Source of the DNA: Bacilli bacterium
Lineage (GTDB): Bacteria > Bacillota_I > Bacilli_A > ML615J-28 > CAG-698
Length of the DNA: 64,000 nt
NCBI GenBank assembly: GCA_050953065.1
Contig: JBMNLZ010000003.1
Location: 192,001-256,000 of the forward strand
Reading direction: 5' to 3'
Below the pieces are notes generated by a model. That model worked only from the letters and a program-made list of their open reading frames with translations. It was not told the origin of the DNA and ran no database searches. Positions within the stretch are counted from its first letter, which is position 1. Every line of letters starts with the position of its first letter. This document shows, piece by piece, positions 21,699 to 30,532 of this stretch. The position numbers and the translations under genes were made by a program.

Positions 21699-21897
21699 TC
21701 TTTTTCCTCTACATCTACTTCATATATTATCAATTTTTATTATTTAAGTCAATTCAATTTAATACTATATTAAGATTTGATTTATAAAAAAAATCTTTTT
21801 AGTAAATTATGATTTAGTAAATCGTGATTGACTTAATATTAAATTAACATTAAATAGTTGAATAAATTTTATTTAAAATATATACTTTTAGACAATC

Positions 21898-21927
21898 AAA
21901 AAAGTCCAATATAATTACATTGGACTT
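21898..21927 (-). terminator. Intrinsic terminator of the hip operon
   Basis: AAGTCCAAT/ATTGGACTT stem with T-run on the minus strand. Confidence 0.7.
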
Positions 21928-21978
21928 AACATATAATTAAACATGATTTGAATTTAGTATACAAAATATCATATTAAT

Positions 21979-22929
21979 TTAACTCTTTAATCTAGAACAT
22001 CTTTTTTCAATCAATTCAAACAAAGATTTTTTTAAATGAGTTGGTAAATATGATTCCATGCACATTAACTGAAGCATATCTTTTTTAGCTACTAAATGAG
22101 TTATCATTTTTTGAGCTACATCTTTGTTAATACCTATATTCTCGGCAAATAAAAAGAAATCTTTCTTTTGAATATTCTTTTTTTTACCATTCATAGCTAA
22201 AGCAAAATCTTCTTCATCTTCTGGCATATTTACTTTTACAGGCAAAAGATCATAGGCTGCAGATAACACATACTGCATACTTCCTGCACTTGTTTCAATT
22301 AGTGAGAAATTCTTAAAATGCATATCTGAATTTCCAATAATATAAGAAAAAATAATGCGTATAAACAACTCAGTCAAATCAAGTTTGTTTCTTTCAGAAA
22401 ATTTATCAATGATTTTTCCACACTGTTCATAAGAACCATGATATTTATCCTGTGTTAATCTAGAACCTAGTTGACAAAAATCTTCCATAGCAAGTTTTTC
22501 CACATGGTCTTTATAAAAAATGCGGTCAATTCTTTTCGTTATATATGAATAAGTATTTCCATTTTTAATCAAAGCATGTGGAACGGTTGCAATGCCAACA
22601 GCCTCTGCCATACACATCACAAGATGTTCAGATTCTGGTAATGCTTCAAATTGTTTTACCTGAGGCTTTAAAATATATCCTGTAGGGTAGTTTACAAGTG
22701 TAAGTCTTGGCGCCTTACCATCAAACGATAAATGCAATGACAATTTCTTTTGAACACCAGGAACTGTATATCCCTTTCTAGTGCTTTCAGTAGCAAGCAT
22801 CTCCAATGTACTATCGCTCAGCTCTATTTGAGGCATCGTTATAGTTCCAAAAAATTTTCTAATACAACTATTATGCCAACCTAATTCGTTTTTCATTTTT
22901 AAAGGTTTCCCACAACACAAGCACTTCAT
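21979..22929 (-). CDS. HipA-family kinase toxin (HipT-like, lacking the N-subdomain)
   Basis: Gly-rich loop TVPGVQKK, YILKP, RIDR, MEDFCQ, GNSDMHFKNF, AYDLL. Confidence 0.92.
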   Translation of the reverse strand: MKCLCCGKPLKMKNELGWHNSCIRKFFGTITMPQIELSDSTLEMLATESTRKGYTVPGVQKKLSLHLSFDGKAPRLTLVNYPTGYILKPQVKQFEALPESEHLVMCMAEAVGIATVPHALIKNGNTYSYITKRIDRIFYKDHVEKLAMEDFCQLGSRLTQDKYHGSYEQCGKIIDKFSERNKLDLTELFIRIIFSYIIGNSDMHFKNFSLIETSAGSMQYVLSAAYDLLPVKVNMPEDEEDFALAMNGKKKNIQKKDFFLFAENIGINKDVAQKMITHLVAKKDMLQLMCMESYLPTHLKKSLFELIEKRCSRLKS

Positions 22930-23258
22930 ACGTACTTCTCCTTAATACTGACATTTCCTATTGGGTCTTTACATGCAACAAGTAATATAGCAAATCGATC
23001 GTTTTTAGAAATCTTCCAATTTCTACTGACAACATTCAAAAGCCATCCTTCTGGAATTAATCCATCAAAAAATGAAAATAGTGTTCTTGAAGTAAAACTT
23101 TCGTTTTGAACAGGTAAGGTTAGTGATACTGGTACTGCATTTTCTTTTTTGATATAATCTAAATCATAAGAAAAAGAGTATCCTTCATCGTTTTCTTCAA
23201 GAATACCCGCAAAACAATCACGAATGTATACATATGCTTTTCTAAAAACACTCATCAT
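22926..23258 (-). CDS. HipA N-terminal (couple_hipA) domain protein, HipS-like
   Basis: YSFSY, VSLTLP, FFDGLIPEGW, DPIGNVS; ATGA overlap with the kinase gene. Confidence 0.9.
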   Translation of the reverse strand: MMSVFRKAYVYIRDCFAGILEENDEGYSFSYDLDYIKKENAVPVSLTLPVQNESFTSRTLFSFFDGLIPEGWLLNVVSRNWKISKNDRFAILLVACKDPIGNVSIKEKYV

Positions 23259-23458
23259 TATTTCTCCTTCTTACCAGGTACAACTTCCATCCCAAACATA
23301 GAAAGTGCAACATTAACTTTATCTAAACGCACAGTTTGCTTTCCTTGCTCTAGTTCTCTTATAAAACGAAGCCCAAGACCTGAGCGAATAGCAAACTGCT
23401 CTTGTGTTAACCCTGCTGCTTTACGTTCTTTTTTTATATATTCAGCTATCTTGTTCAT
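23258..23458 (-). CDS. XRE/HipB-type HTH regulator (y4mF-like)
   Basis: RKAAGLTQEQFA-GLRFIRELEQGK-RLDKVN; likely start MNKI at 23458. Confidence 0.92.
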   Translation of the reverse strand: MNKIAEYIKKERKAAGLTQEQFAIRSGLGLRFIRELEQGKQTVRLDKVNVALSMFGMEVVPGKKEK

Positions 23459-23492
23459 ACAATGCCCCCTTATAATTGATTCAATCATATAT

Positions 23493-23593
23493 TACACCCT
23501 TTCGGGATGAATGTCAAATATTTTTTTGCAAAAATAACCCCTTCAGGGTATAATATATAAGTTTTATATATTTTTTATACCCGAACGGTAGTA
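23493..23593. promoter_or_regulatory. Three 18-bp imperfect palindromes, putative HipB operators
   Basis: TACACCCTTTCGGGATGA (23493), TAACCCCTTCAGGGTATA (23535), TATACCCGAACGGTAGTA (23576). Confidence 0.7.
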
Positions 23594-23688
23594 ATTTTAT
23601 ATAAACAATCCCCAATATTTAGTTATTATTGCTTGGTCTTCTAAATAACTTTCAATATAAACATTTTCGCTAATCAAAAATTAATTAA

Positions 23689-23718
23689 AAAAAAGTCTGA
23701 TAACATAATATCAGACTT
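23689..23718 (-). terminator. Terminator of the tRNA-Trp/tRNA-His transcript
   Basis: AAGTCTGATA/TATCAGACTT stem followed by a T-run on the minus strand. Confidence 0.8.
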
Positions 23719-23732
23719 ACTCAACTATTAAA

Positions 23733-23809
23733 TGGGGCGACTGATGGGGATCGAACCCACGAATGCCGGAGCCACAATCCGGAGCGTTAACCACTTCGCC
23801 ACAATCGCC
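23733..23809 (-). tRNA. tRNA-His (GTG)
   Basis: GGCGATTGTGGCGAAGTGGTTAACGCTCCGGATTGTGGCTCCGGCATTCGTGGGTTCGATCCCCATCAGTCGCCCCA: cloverleaf, G-1, encoded CCA. Confidence 0.97.
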
Positions 23810-23814
23810 ACAAA

Positions 23815-23888
23815 TGGCAGGGGTAGTAGGATTCGAACCCACATTGACGGTTTTGGAGACCGCTATACTACCATTGTATGATACCCCT
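23815..23888 (-). tRNA. tRNA-Trp (CCA)
   Basis: AGGGGTATCATACAATGGTAGTATAGCGGTCTCCAAAACCGTCAATGTGGGTTCGAATCCTACTACCCCTGCCA: cloverleaf, encoded CCA. Confidence 0.97.
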
Positions 23889-24005
23889 ACACACTGCTTA
23901 ACCATTATACTAAATTTTCTCTAGATTTGCAAGAAGTTATTGGCTTTTTTAAATATTTGTGATATAATGTAAAATGTTTAAATCTATATTATAAGGAGTT
24001 AAAAA

Positions 24006-24524
24006 ATGATTGAAGAAAAAATTTATGTAGCCTTAGATCCAAATGCAGATAAAGAATACTACGAACAAATCAAACTTTGGACTAATAAAACAGGCAACAC
24101 TTATAACTTAATTGACGGAATTGAATTTGCGAGCAAAGTAAACAAAGTTGATGACGAAGTTATAAAACCTAAAATTAAAGAAAGAGTTAAAGAAGCAAAA
24201 GCAGTTATTCTATTAATGGGCCCTACAACAAAGAGTATGAGAAAATTTGTTCGCTGGCAAATAGAGGCTGCTTGTAATAATCAAATGCCACTAATCGTTA
24301 TTAATACAAATGGCATCAGATCAATTGATTTTGCAAGATGTCCTACTTATCTAAAAAAACAAATTTCCATTCATATTCCTTTTCACCCAGACATTTTAGA
24401 ATTTGCTTTAAAAGATTGGCCCAAACAAAACGCTATTGCAATTGAAAAAGAAGATATAGGTACCTTTGTTTATGATCATGAAATTTATGAAAAACTAAAT
24501 ATTTCTACAGTTGATTGTATTTAA
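24006..24524 (+). CDS. TIR-domain protein (MTH538/DUF1863, Thoeris ThsB-like)
   Basis: IYVALD, IKERV-AVILLMGPTT, KFVRWQIE, PLIVIN-NG, RCP, IHIPF-ALKDWP match the ThsB-like TIR family. Confidence 0.8.
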   Translation: MIEEKIYVALDPNADKEYYEQIKLWTNKTGNTYNLIDGIEFASKVNKVDDEVIKPKIKERVKEAKAVILLMGPTTKSMRKFVRWQIEAACNNQMPLIVINTNGIRSIDFARCPTYLKKQISIHIPFHPDILEFALKDWPKQNAIAIEKEDIGTFVYDHEIYEKLNISTVDCI

Positions 24525-24564
24525 AAATAAAAATCTCAAAAGAAATCCTTTTGAGATTTATTTT
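24525..24564. terminator. Bidirectional terminator
   Basis: AAATCTCAAAAG/CTTTTGAGATTT stem between convergent genes. Confidence 0.75.
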
Positions 24565-26157
24565 TTAAGCAGGAAGCCTTTCATAAATCTTCTTCCCTTT
24601 AGTTAATAAAACAATCAAAACTAAAGCAGTCAATACTATAGCAAATAAGCTTCCTATTAAATAAACATAAACTAAAGGAATTTTGTTATCAATCAACAAA
24701 TACCCCAATACAATAAAAATCGCAGTTAAAAGAAACCCTCCTAACATTACCACTAGAACACTTGCACTTTGTTTAACTACTTTAGTTGGAGTATCCCAAT
24801 CAAACCTTGGTAAAAGTAAGTTTACAAATAATCCAAAAGCGCTGATACAAACTATCAATAACATTGGAATAATAAGCAAAAATACAAAGCCAATCAAATT
24901 AAAACCTAAAAAGATACTAGCAAGAATCGGATTAATAATAATAAAAGGCAAACAAATACCAATATTTACAGCCATTTTAGAAAAAAACACATCCTCTGTT
25001 TTTATAGGTAAAGACCTCATAATCCAAAACTGTTTTCCTTCTAAAGAAATTGACGAAGCTGTAGTTGAAATCATTCCATAAGTAAAAATTGCTATCGCTA
25101 TTAAAATTAAATAAAACATCGAATTATCAATTCCAGTTGCTGCAATTACTTCTCCGCCTGAAACCAAAAAAATAACACTCATCACAGTAGACATAATTGG
25201 TCCAACAATTGTATTCAAAAAATAAATCGGTATCGTAAAATATCTTTTAAATTCTTTTTTAACTAAAGAAACTCTAACTGAATTTGGTGTTTTTGCAACA
25301 TAAACATAATTTTTATTGCGATATACTCTTTTTGTTCTTTCATTAGCTCCAACAAAATTCTTACCAACCAACAAAACAAATAAAAGACTTGGAATAATTG
25401 ATATAGCAGTAAATATTAATAACGAAAGAAAATTATGTTCAATTCCTTCAACTGCAAAAACAGCTAAATAATAAATGTTTTTAAATTTACTTTCAAAAAA
25501 TGTCACCATTTCAGCATTTGATGCATCAGGCATCGCAAAAGAAAGTGCCATCACCACAACAATAAAAGCTAGACTTCCGATTATAGTTAATAAATTTTTG
25601 TATTTAAATCTATAAATAAAAAATCCTAAAATATATCCTATAAAACCACTAACAGCAATTGGAAAAAGAGGAGCGATAAAAAATATAAAAACTGAAATTA
25701 TTAATGAAACTACATCAAAACCACCAAAATAAAAATATAAGGCTATTGTTGGAATATAAATAATTGAAAAGAAAATTAAATTCATTAAATATAATCCAAA
25801 AAGTTTAGAACCAATTATTGTTTTTGGCTTAATTGGCATAGACATTAAAAGATCAAAATCCCTAGCTCCGAATAAATAACCATTAACTTTAAAAACAGTC
25901 GCAATTAAAGATAAAAAGGAAGCTATTGAAAGACCTAATAATAATATTAAATAAATAGCATTTTCTGCTTGAAATATTTCTCCAAAAATATAAAAGTAAG
26001 CAGTGATAATTCCCATCATTAGAAAATATATTAAAATTGAAAAAAATATAATTAAAGAAATTTTAAGTTTTGATTTTCTTTTTATTCCTTTAAAAAGGTT
26101 ATTTAATCTAAAATCGTTAATGAAATTAACTTTAACTAATTTCCAAAAATTACTCAT
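24565..26157 (-). CDS. ABC-2 type exporter permease
   Basis: About 14 TM helices; DFDLLMSMPI, SISLEGK-W-SLP, VVKQS. Confidence 0.88.
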   Translation of the reverse strand: MSNFWKLVKVNFINDFRLNNLFKGIKRKSKLKISLIIFFSILIYFLMMGIITAYFYIFGEIFQAENAIYLILLLGLSIASFLSLIATVFKVNGYLFGARDFDLLMSMPIKPKTIIGSKLFGLYLMNLIFFSIIYIPTIALYFYFGGFDVVSLIISVFIFFIAPLFPIAVSGFIGYILGFFIYRFKYKNLLTIIGSLAFIVVVMALSFAMPDASNAEMVTFFESKFKNIYYLAVFAVEGIEHNFLSLLIFTAISIIPSLLFVLLVGKNFVGANERTKRVYRNKNYVYVAKTPNSVRVSLVKKEFKRYFTIPIYFLNTIVGPIMSTVMSVIFLVSGGEVIAATGIDNSMFYLILIAIAIFTYGMISTTASSISLEGKQFWIMRSLPIKTEDVFFSKMAVNIGICLPFIIINPILASIFLGFNLIGFVFLLIIPMLLIVCISAFGLFVNLLLPRFDWDTPTKVVKQSASVLVVMLGGFLLTAIFIVLGYLLIDNKIPLVYVYLIGSLFAIVLTALVLIVLLTKGKKIYERLPA

Positions 26158-26860
26158 CGGCTAACTCCAAGAAAACAGTTTCTAATGATTTATCTTTAGT
26201 TACTTCTTTAGTATCACCCATTGCTACAATCTTGCCTTCTTTAATGATAGCAACCCTATCACATAATTTCTCAACCACTTCTAAAACATGAGTTGAAAAG
26301 AAAACAGAACTCCCCTCATCACACAACTCTCTCATCATTTGTTTAACAATATAAGCAGCTTTAGGATCAAGCCCAACAAATGGTTCATCTAAAAACAACA
26401 TCTTGGGTTTATGAATCAATGCTCCAATTAAAGCTAGTTTTTGTTTCATTCCATGCGAATAAGTTGAAATTAAATCACCTAAAACAGTATCAAGTTGAAA
26501 AATTTTAGCATATTTTTCAATTGATGCTTTTCTTTTTTCCTTTGAAATTTCAAAAATATCACAAATAAAATTCAAATACTGACTAGCTGTTAGAGTTTCA
26601 TAAAGGTCAGGATTATCTGGAATATAAGCAAATATTTTTTTACATTCTAAAGGATTATCCTTAATAGAAATATTATTGATTAAAATTTCACCTTTTTCAA
26701 AATTTATTAAACCACACGCACTTTTAATTAATGTAGTCTTACCAGCGCCATTATGTCCAATAAAACCAAAAATTTCACCAGGTTTAATTTCTAAACTAAC
26801 ATCATCTACTACCCATTTTACTCCATCATATGTTTTAGACACATTTTTTATTTTTAGCAT
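26150..26860 (-). CDS. ABC transporter ATP-binding protein
   Basis: GHNGAGKTT, YSHGMKQK, LDEPFVGLDP. Confidence 0.95.
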   Translation of the reverse strand: MLKIKNVSKTYDGVKWVVDDVSLEIKPGEIFGFIGHNGAGKTTLIKSACGLINFEKGEILINNISIKDNPLECKKIFAYIPDNPDLYETLTASQYLNFICDIFEISKEKRKASIEKYAKIFQLDTVLGDLISTYSHGMKQKLALIGALIHKPKMLFLDEPFVGLDPKAAYIVKQMMRELCDEGSSVFFSTHVLEVVEKLCDRVAIIKEGKIVAMGDTKEVTKDKSLETVFLELADE

Positions 26861-26965
26861 AAATTATCTCCTTTCAAATATATTATATAATAATATTTTT
26901 AAATATTTTTTAAAATAACATACATTATAACAAATAATTTTATAAAGGAAAGTATTTACTTTCCT

Positions 26966-28207
26966 TTAATTATTAATATAAGCATTAATTGTTGTTAATG
27001 AAATAGCAAAGCCTAAATTATCAACATCTAAAGTAACAATTTTTAAAGTATTAATTCCAATTAATTCACCATAAATATTAAATAATGGTCCACCACTATT
27101 TCCAGGATTAATTGCAGCATCATGCTGAACAAACATGGCATCTTCATTTTCCATGCTTCTTTCATTAAATGAAACAATTCCTAAAGTTACTGAATCATAA
27201 TATTGATACCCAACAGGATTCCCCATTGCTACAACAAAATCTCCTTGTTTAATAGTAGTAGGATCTCCAATTGTTACTTTTGGTAAATCTTTTGTGCTTG
27301 TAAACTTCAATATAGCAAGATCAAATGTAGCACTAGATTTAACAACATCATCAATTGCAATTTCAGTTTCATCTTCTCCAAAATATACTTTAATTACATC
27401 TGCTCCTTCTATTACATGATAATTTGTTAATAAAGTATATTGATAACCTTCTGCTAATGTCTCTTTTTCATAAATTACACCAGACCCAATCCCAATTCGA
27501 TTAAGTCTGATTGGTGGATAAGTTGTATTTTGATAATTACTAACGCCTAAAACTGCATCTTTATTATTTTCAACTAAAGTAGTTATTCTATTTCCTAATG
27601 AAATTAAATCAATCTCGCCACTAACAGTATAAGTTTCATTAATGATTTCATTAATAACCAAATCCTTCTCATTATCAAAATTTCCAACAAAAATAGTTAT
27701 ACTTTTTGAAATTGAAGCATTGTAATATGATCTTGCAGTAATTGTTGTAGCACCAGTTGAAACGCCTGTAATTTCTCCATCTGTTGAAACTGTTGCTACA
27801 GTTTGATTACTTGATTCCCAAATAACTGCAGTATTACTTAAATTCTTTACAGTTGCTGTTAGCTGAGCAGATTCACCTACTTTAATACTTTGTTTGCCTG
27901 AAATTGTAATATAAGGATTTGTTTTTTCTTGAATGTTTAAACTATATACAGCAGTTTTATTTTGGTATTTTGCTGTAATTGTTACTTCTCCTATTGCTTT
28001 AGCTGAAACAATTCCAGTTGATGATACTGTTGCTATTGCCTCATCACTTGATGTCCAAGTAACATATTCAGGATCAAAAGCATTCGTTTTAAGTTTTACA
28101 ACATCACCTACTGCCAAAACATCTTCCATTGTAAAATCTACTGATTCAAAAAAATTACACGCAGTAAGTGAAAAGAAAACTAACAATATAAAAAATATTT
28201 TTTTCAT
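26966..28207 (-). CDS. Lipoprotein with two Big_2 Ig-like domains and an HtrA-like serine protease domain (no PDZ)
   Basis: Lipobox LTAC; WTSSDEAIATVS and WESSNQTVATVS; TNYHV, DLA, GNSGGP. Confidence 0.88.
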   Translation of the reverse strand: MKKIFFILLVFFSLTACNFFESVDFTMEDVLAVGDVVKLKTNAFDPEYVTWTSSDEAIATVSSTGIVSAKAIGEVTITAKYQNKTAVYSLNIQEKTNPYITISGKQSIKVGESAQLTATVKNLSNTAVIWESSNQTVATVSTDGEITGVSTGATTITARSYYNASISKSITIFVGNFDNEKDLVINEIINETYTVSGEIDLISLGNRITTLVENNKDAVLGVSNYQNTTYPPIRLNRIGIGSGVIYEKETLAEGYQYTLLTNYHVIEGADVIKVYFGEDETEIAIDDVVKSSATFDLAILKFTSTKDLPKVTIGDPTTIKQGDFVVAMGNPVGYQYYDSVTLGIVSFNERSMENEDAMFVQHDAAINPGNSGGPLFNIYGELIGINTLKIVTLDVDNLGFAISLTTINAYINN

Positions 28208-28217
28208 TTTCTACCTC

Positions 28218-29870
28218 CTAAAACACAAATGTTAAAGTAACTACACTAGAATCTCTATAAACTTTAACCTCTGCTGTATCACCTGAACCAAGCATGAATT
28301 TTGAAATCTCAGATCTTATTTCATATGAAAAGTTAGTTTGAACACCATTAAATTCTTGAATAATATCATATTTTAAAATCCCAGCATCTTTAGCAACACC
28401 TTCATTAACCTCAAAAACTACCATTCCATATGTAATTCCTTCTGGCAAGGTATAATTATAAGTTGATGGATCACTATAGCGATCTGGATTCATTAAAATA
28501 GCTTTTACAGAAACTATTGTAACACCTATCTTTGCTCTTTGAGGACGAATTCCTTGTTCTAAAAGTGATACTATATTTAAAACTAAATTACTAGGAATTG
28601 CAAACCCCATATTATCAACACGAATATCTGAAATTTTAGTTGAGTTGATTCCAATCACTTCACCCTTTAAATTGACTAAAGCTCCACCACTACTTCCTTC
28701 ATTAATTGGAGAACTATGTTGAATATATTGCGAATCCCAATCCGAAATTTTATCACCATCTAAATCAGTTGAAACATATCTATTACAATAAGAAACAATT
28801 CCTAAAGTTACAGTATTATAATATTTATACCCATAACTACTACCAATTGAAAAACAAAATTCCCCAGTTACCACTTCTTCTGAATCAGCAAAACTCGCTA
28901 CTTCAAAATACAATGGACTTTCAAACTTTAAAACTGCTAAATCAATCTTATCATCATATTCTATTAACTCAGCTCTTATTTCAACATTTTGACCATAAAA
29001 GATTTTAATAATATCTGCATCACTAATAACATGCCGATTTGTTACTACGTAATATCTAAAAGTTTTTATATCTTCATGATTAAGCATTGACTCATCTTCT
29101 ATAATAGTATTATCTTTTAAAATAGCAAGACGTTTATAAATTACCCCAGAACTTTCAGAAAAAATAGTTGCCACACCATAATTGTTTAGTTGATAATTAC
29201 TAACTCCGATTATTGAAGATTTTGCTTTTTTAATAACTGGTTCTAAAAAATTGTTTTCTGTAGATAAATCTAGAGTCTTATTTTCAAGCGATATATTAAT
29301 ATCAATTTCATCTTCAACACTATCTAAAGTTTCGTTATAAACTAAAATTTCTCTTTCAGCCACTAATTCTTCATTTTCAACTGAAGTGGCTTTAATTCTA
29401 ACTAACCCACAAGAAACTCCCGTTACAACTCCATCAGTTGATACAGTAGCTATTTCTTCATCTAAACTTTCCCAAGTTACTTCTTGATTTAAGTTATTTG
29501 GTATTACTTTTGCTGTTAGATCAATATTTTCATCTAAAAGGCACTCTTGTGGACCTAGAATCGATATTTCCTCTTTAATTGAAACAATGCCCGTTAACCT
29601 TAAAACTAGGATAGTACCTTGATTATAAGCGTTTAACATTACAACCCCTTCTTTTTTCGGAGTAAGCATTCCACTTGTATCAACTGTAGCTATTTCTTCA
29701 TCACTTGTTGTCCAAAAAACGTTTTGAGAATTATATCTCGTTGATAACCTAACTTCCTTATCAACAAATAAATACATCGTTTCCTCATCAAGTGATAAAT
29801 TAAGTTTAGGAGCTAAAAAGCATCCAGATAAAGAGAAAAGAACAAATATTAATATTAATATTTTTTTCAT
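28218..29870 (-). CDS. Lipoprotein with two Big_2 domains, an HtrA-like protease and a PDZ domain
   Basis: Lipobox LSGC; two Big_2 repeats; TNRHV, DLAVL, EGSSGGAL; PDZ segment AKDAGILKYDII. Confidence 0.88.
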   Translation of the reverse strand: MKKILILIFVLFSLSGCFLAPKLNLSLDEETMYLFVDKEVRLSTRYNSQNVFWTTSDEEIATVDTSGMLTPKKEGVVMLNAYNQGTILVLRLTGIVSIKEEISILGPQECLLDENIDLTAKVIPNNLNQEVTWESLDEEIATVSTDGVVTGVSCGLVRIKATSVENEELVAEREILVYNETLDSVEDEIDINISLENKTLDLSTENNFLEPVIKKAKSSIIGVSNYQLNNYGVATIFSESSGVIYKRLAILKDNTIIEDESMLNHEDIKTFRYYVVTNRHVISDADIIKIFYGQNVEIRAELIEYDDKIDLAVLKFESPLYFEVASFADSEEVVTGEFCFSIGSSYGYKYYNTVTLGIVSYCNRYVSTDLDGDKISDWDSQYIQHSSPINEGSSGGALVNLKGEVIGINSTKISDIRVDNMGFAIPSNLVLNIVSLLEQGIRPQRAKIGVTIVSVKAILMNPDRYSDPSTYNYTLPEGITYGMVVFEVNEGVAKDAGILKYDIIQEFNGVQTNFSYEIRSEISKFMLGSGDTAEVKVYRDSSVVTLTFVF

Positions 29871-29879
29871 GACTTCCTC

Positions 29880-30194
29880 CTAAAGATTTAAGCCAACAAC
29901 CTCATCTACTGGTAAAGAAAAACATATCGCATGTGCTTCTGTTTTAATTCCCCATTTTTCACTAATTCCTTGCATAATATTATTTTTATTTTCTTCTGGA
30001 GATAAAATTAAAATAATATCTTTTTCAGCGTGAATTTCAATTCCTAAAAATTTCTTAATATCTGCAGTAGCAGTTGATCTACCTGACATTACAGTCCCAC
30101 CTTTAGCATCAAGACTTCTTGCAGTATTCATAATTTCTTCTGTAAAACCGTGATTACAAATTATCATAATTAATTCTATTTTTTTATCACTCAT
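29880..30194 (-). CDS. PII-like (GlnB superfamily) protein
   Basis: AKGGTVMSGR, EKDIILIL, ICFSLPVDEVVG. Confidence 0.85.
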   Translation of the reverse strand: MSDKKIELIMIICNHGFTEEIMNTARSLDAKGGTVMSGRSTATADIKKFLGIEIHAEKDIILILSPEENKNNIMQGISEKWGIKTEAHAICFSLPVDEVVGLNL

Positions 30195-30532
30195 TTTTTC
30201 TCACCTTCTTTTCCTAATAATTGATTTAAGGCTTTAACTCCATATACACCACTTAGAGGAATTGTAAAAGCAATTCCTGAATTTGGTGATTTAAAATTCA
30301 TTTTTTTATCCCACGCTAATAAAATTTCTTTAGCATCTATTTCGTTTGCAAAAGTCAAAACTACATCTTTTTCTTCTTCAACAATTCCTAAAAAACTCAA
30401 AACTTCTGAATTTACTGTACCTTTTCCTAAACTTATCATTTGAACACCTTTAATTAAAGGGCAACTTGACAACTTTTTCCCAAGGCCTCTTTCAACAATT
30501 CCTATAACTAATTTAATTTTTTCATTATTCAT
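30191..30532 (-). CDS. PII-like (GlnB superfamily) protein
   Basis: GKGT, LGI-EKDVVL, GIAFTIPL; start overlaps the DUF1538 stop. Confidence 0.8.
   Translation of the reverse strand: MNNEKIKLVIGIVERGLGKKLSSCPLIKGVQMISLGKGTVNSEVLSFLGIVEEEKDVVLTFANEIDAKEILLAWDKKMNFKSPNSGIAFTIPLSGVYGVKALNQLLGKEGEKK

Noticed and set aside
21700-23809. Prophage or integrative element at tRNA-His
   Set aside because: No integrase and no direct repeat of the tRNA 3' end found by eye.
23717-23905. 62-aa ORF in the track
   Set aside because: It overlaps the tRNA-Trp and tRNA-His genes on the same strand; spurious.
24006-24524. Complete Thoeris defence system
   Set aside because: No thsA-type effector in the window; the gene is bounded by tRNAs and a terminator.
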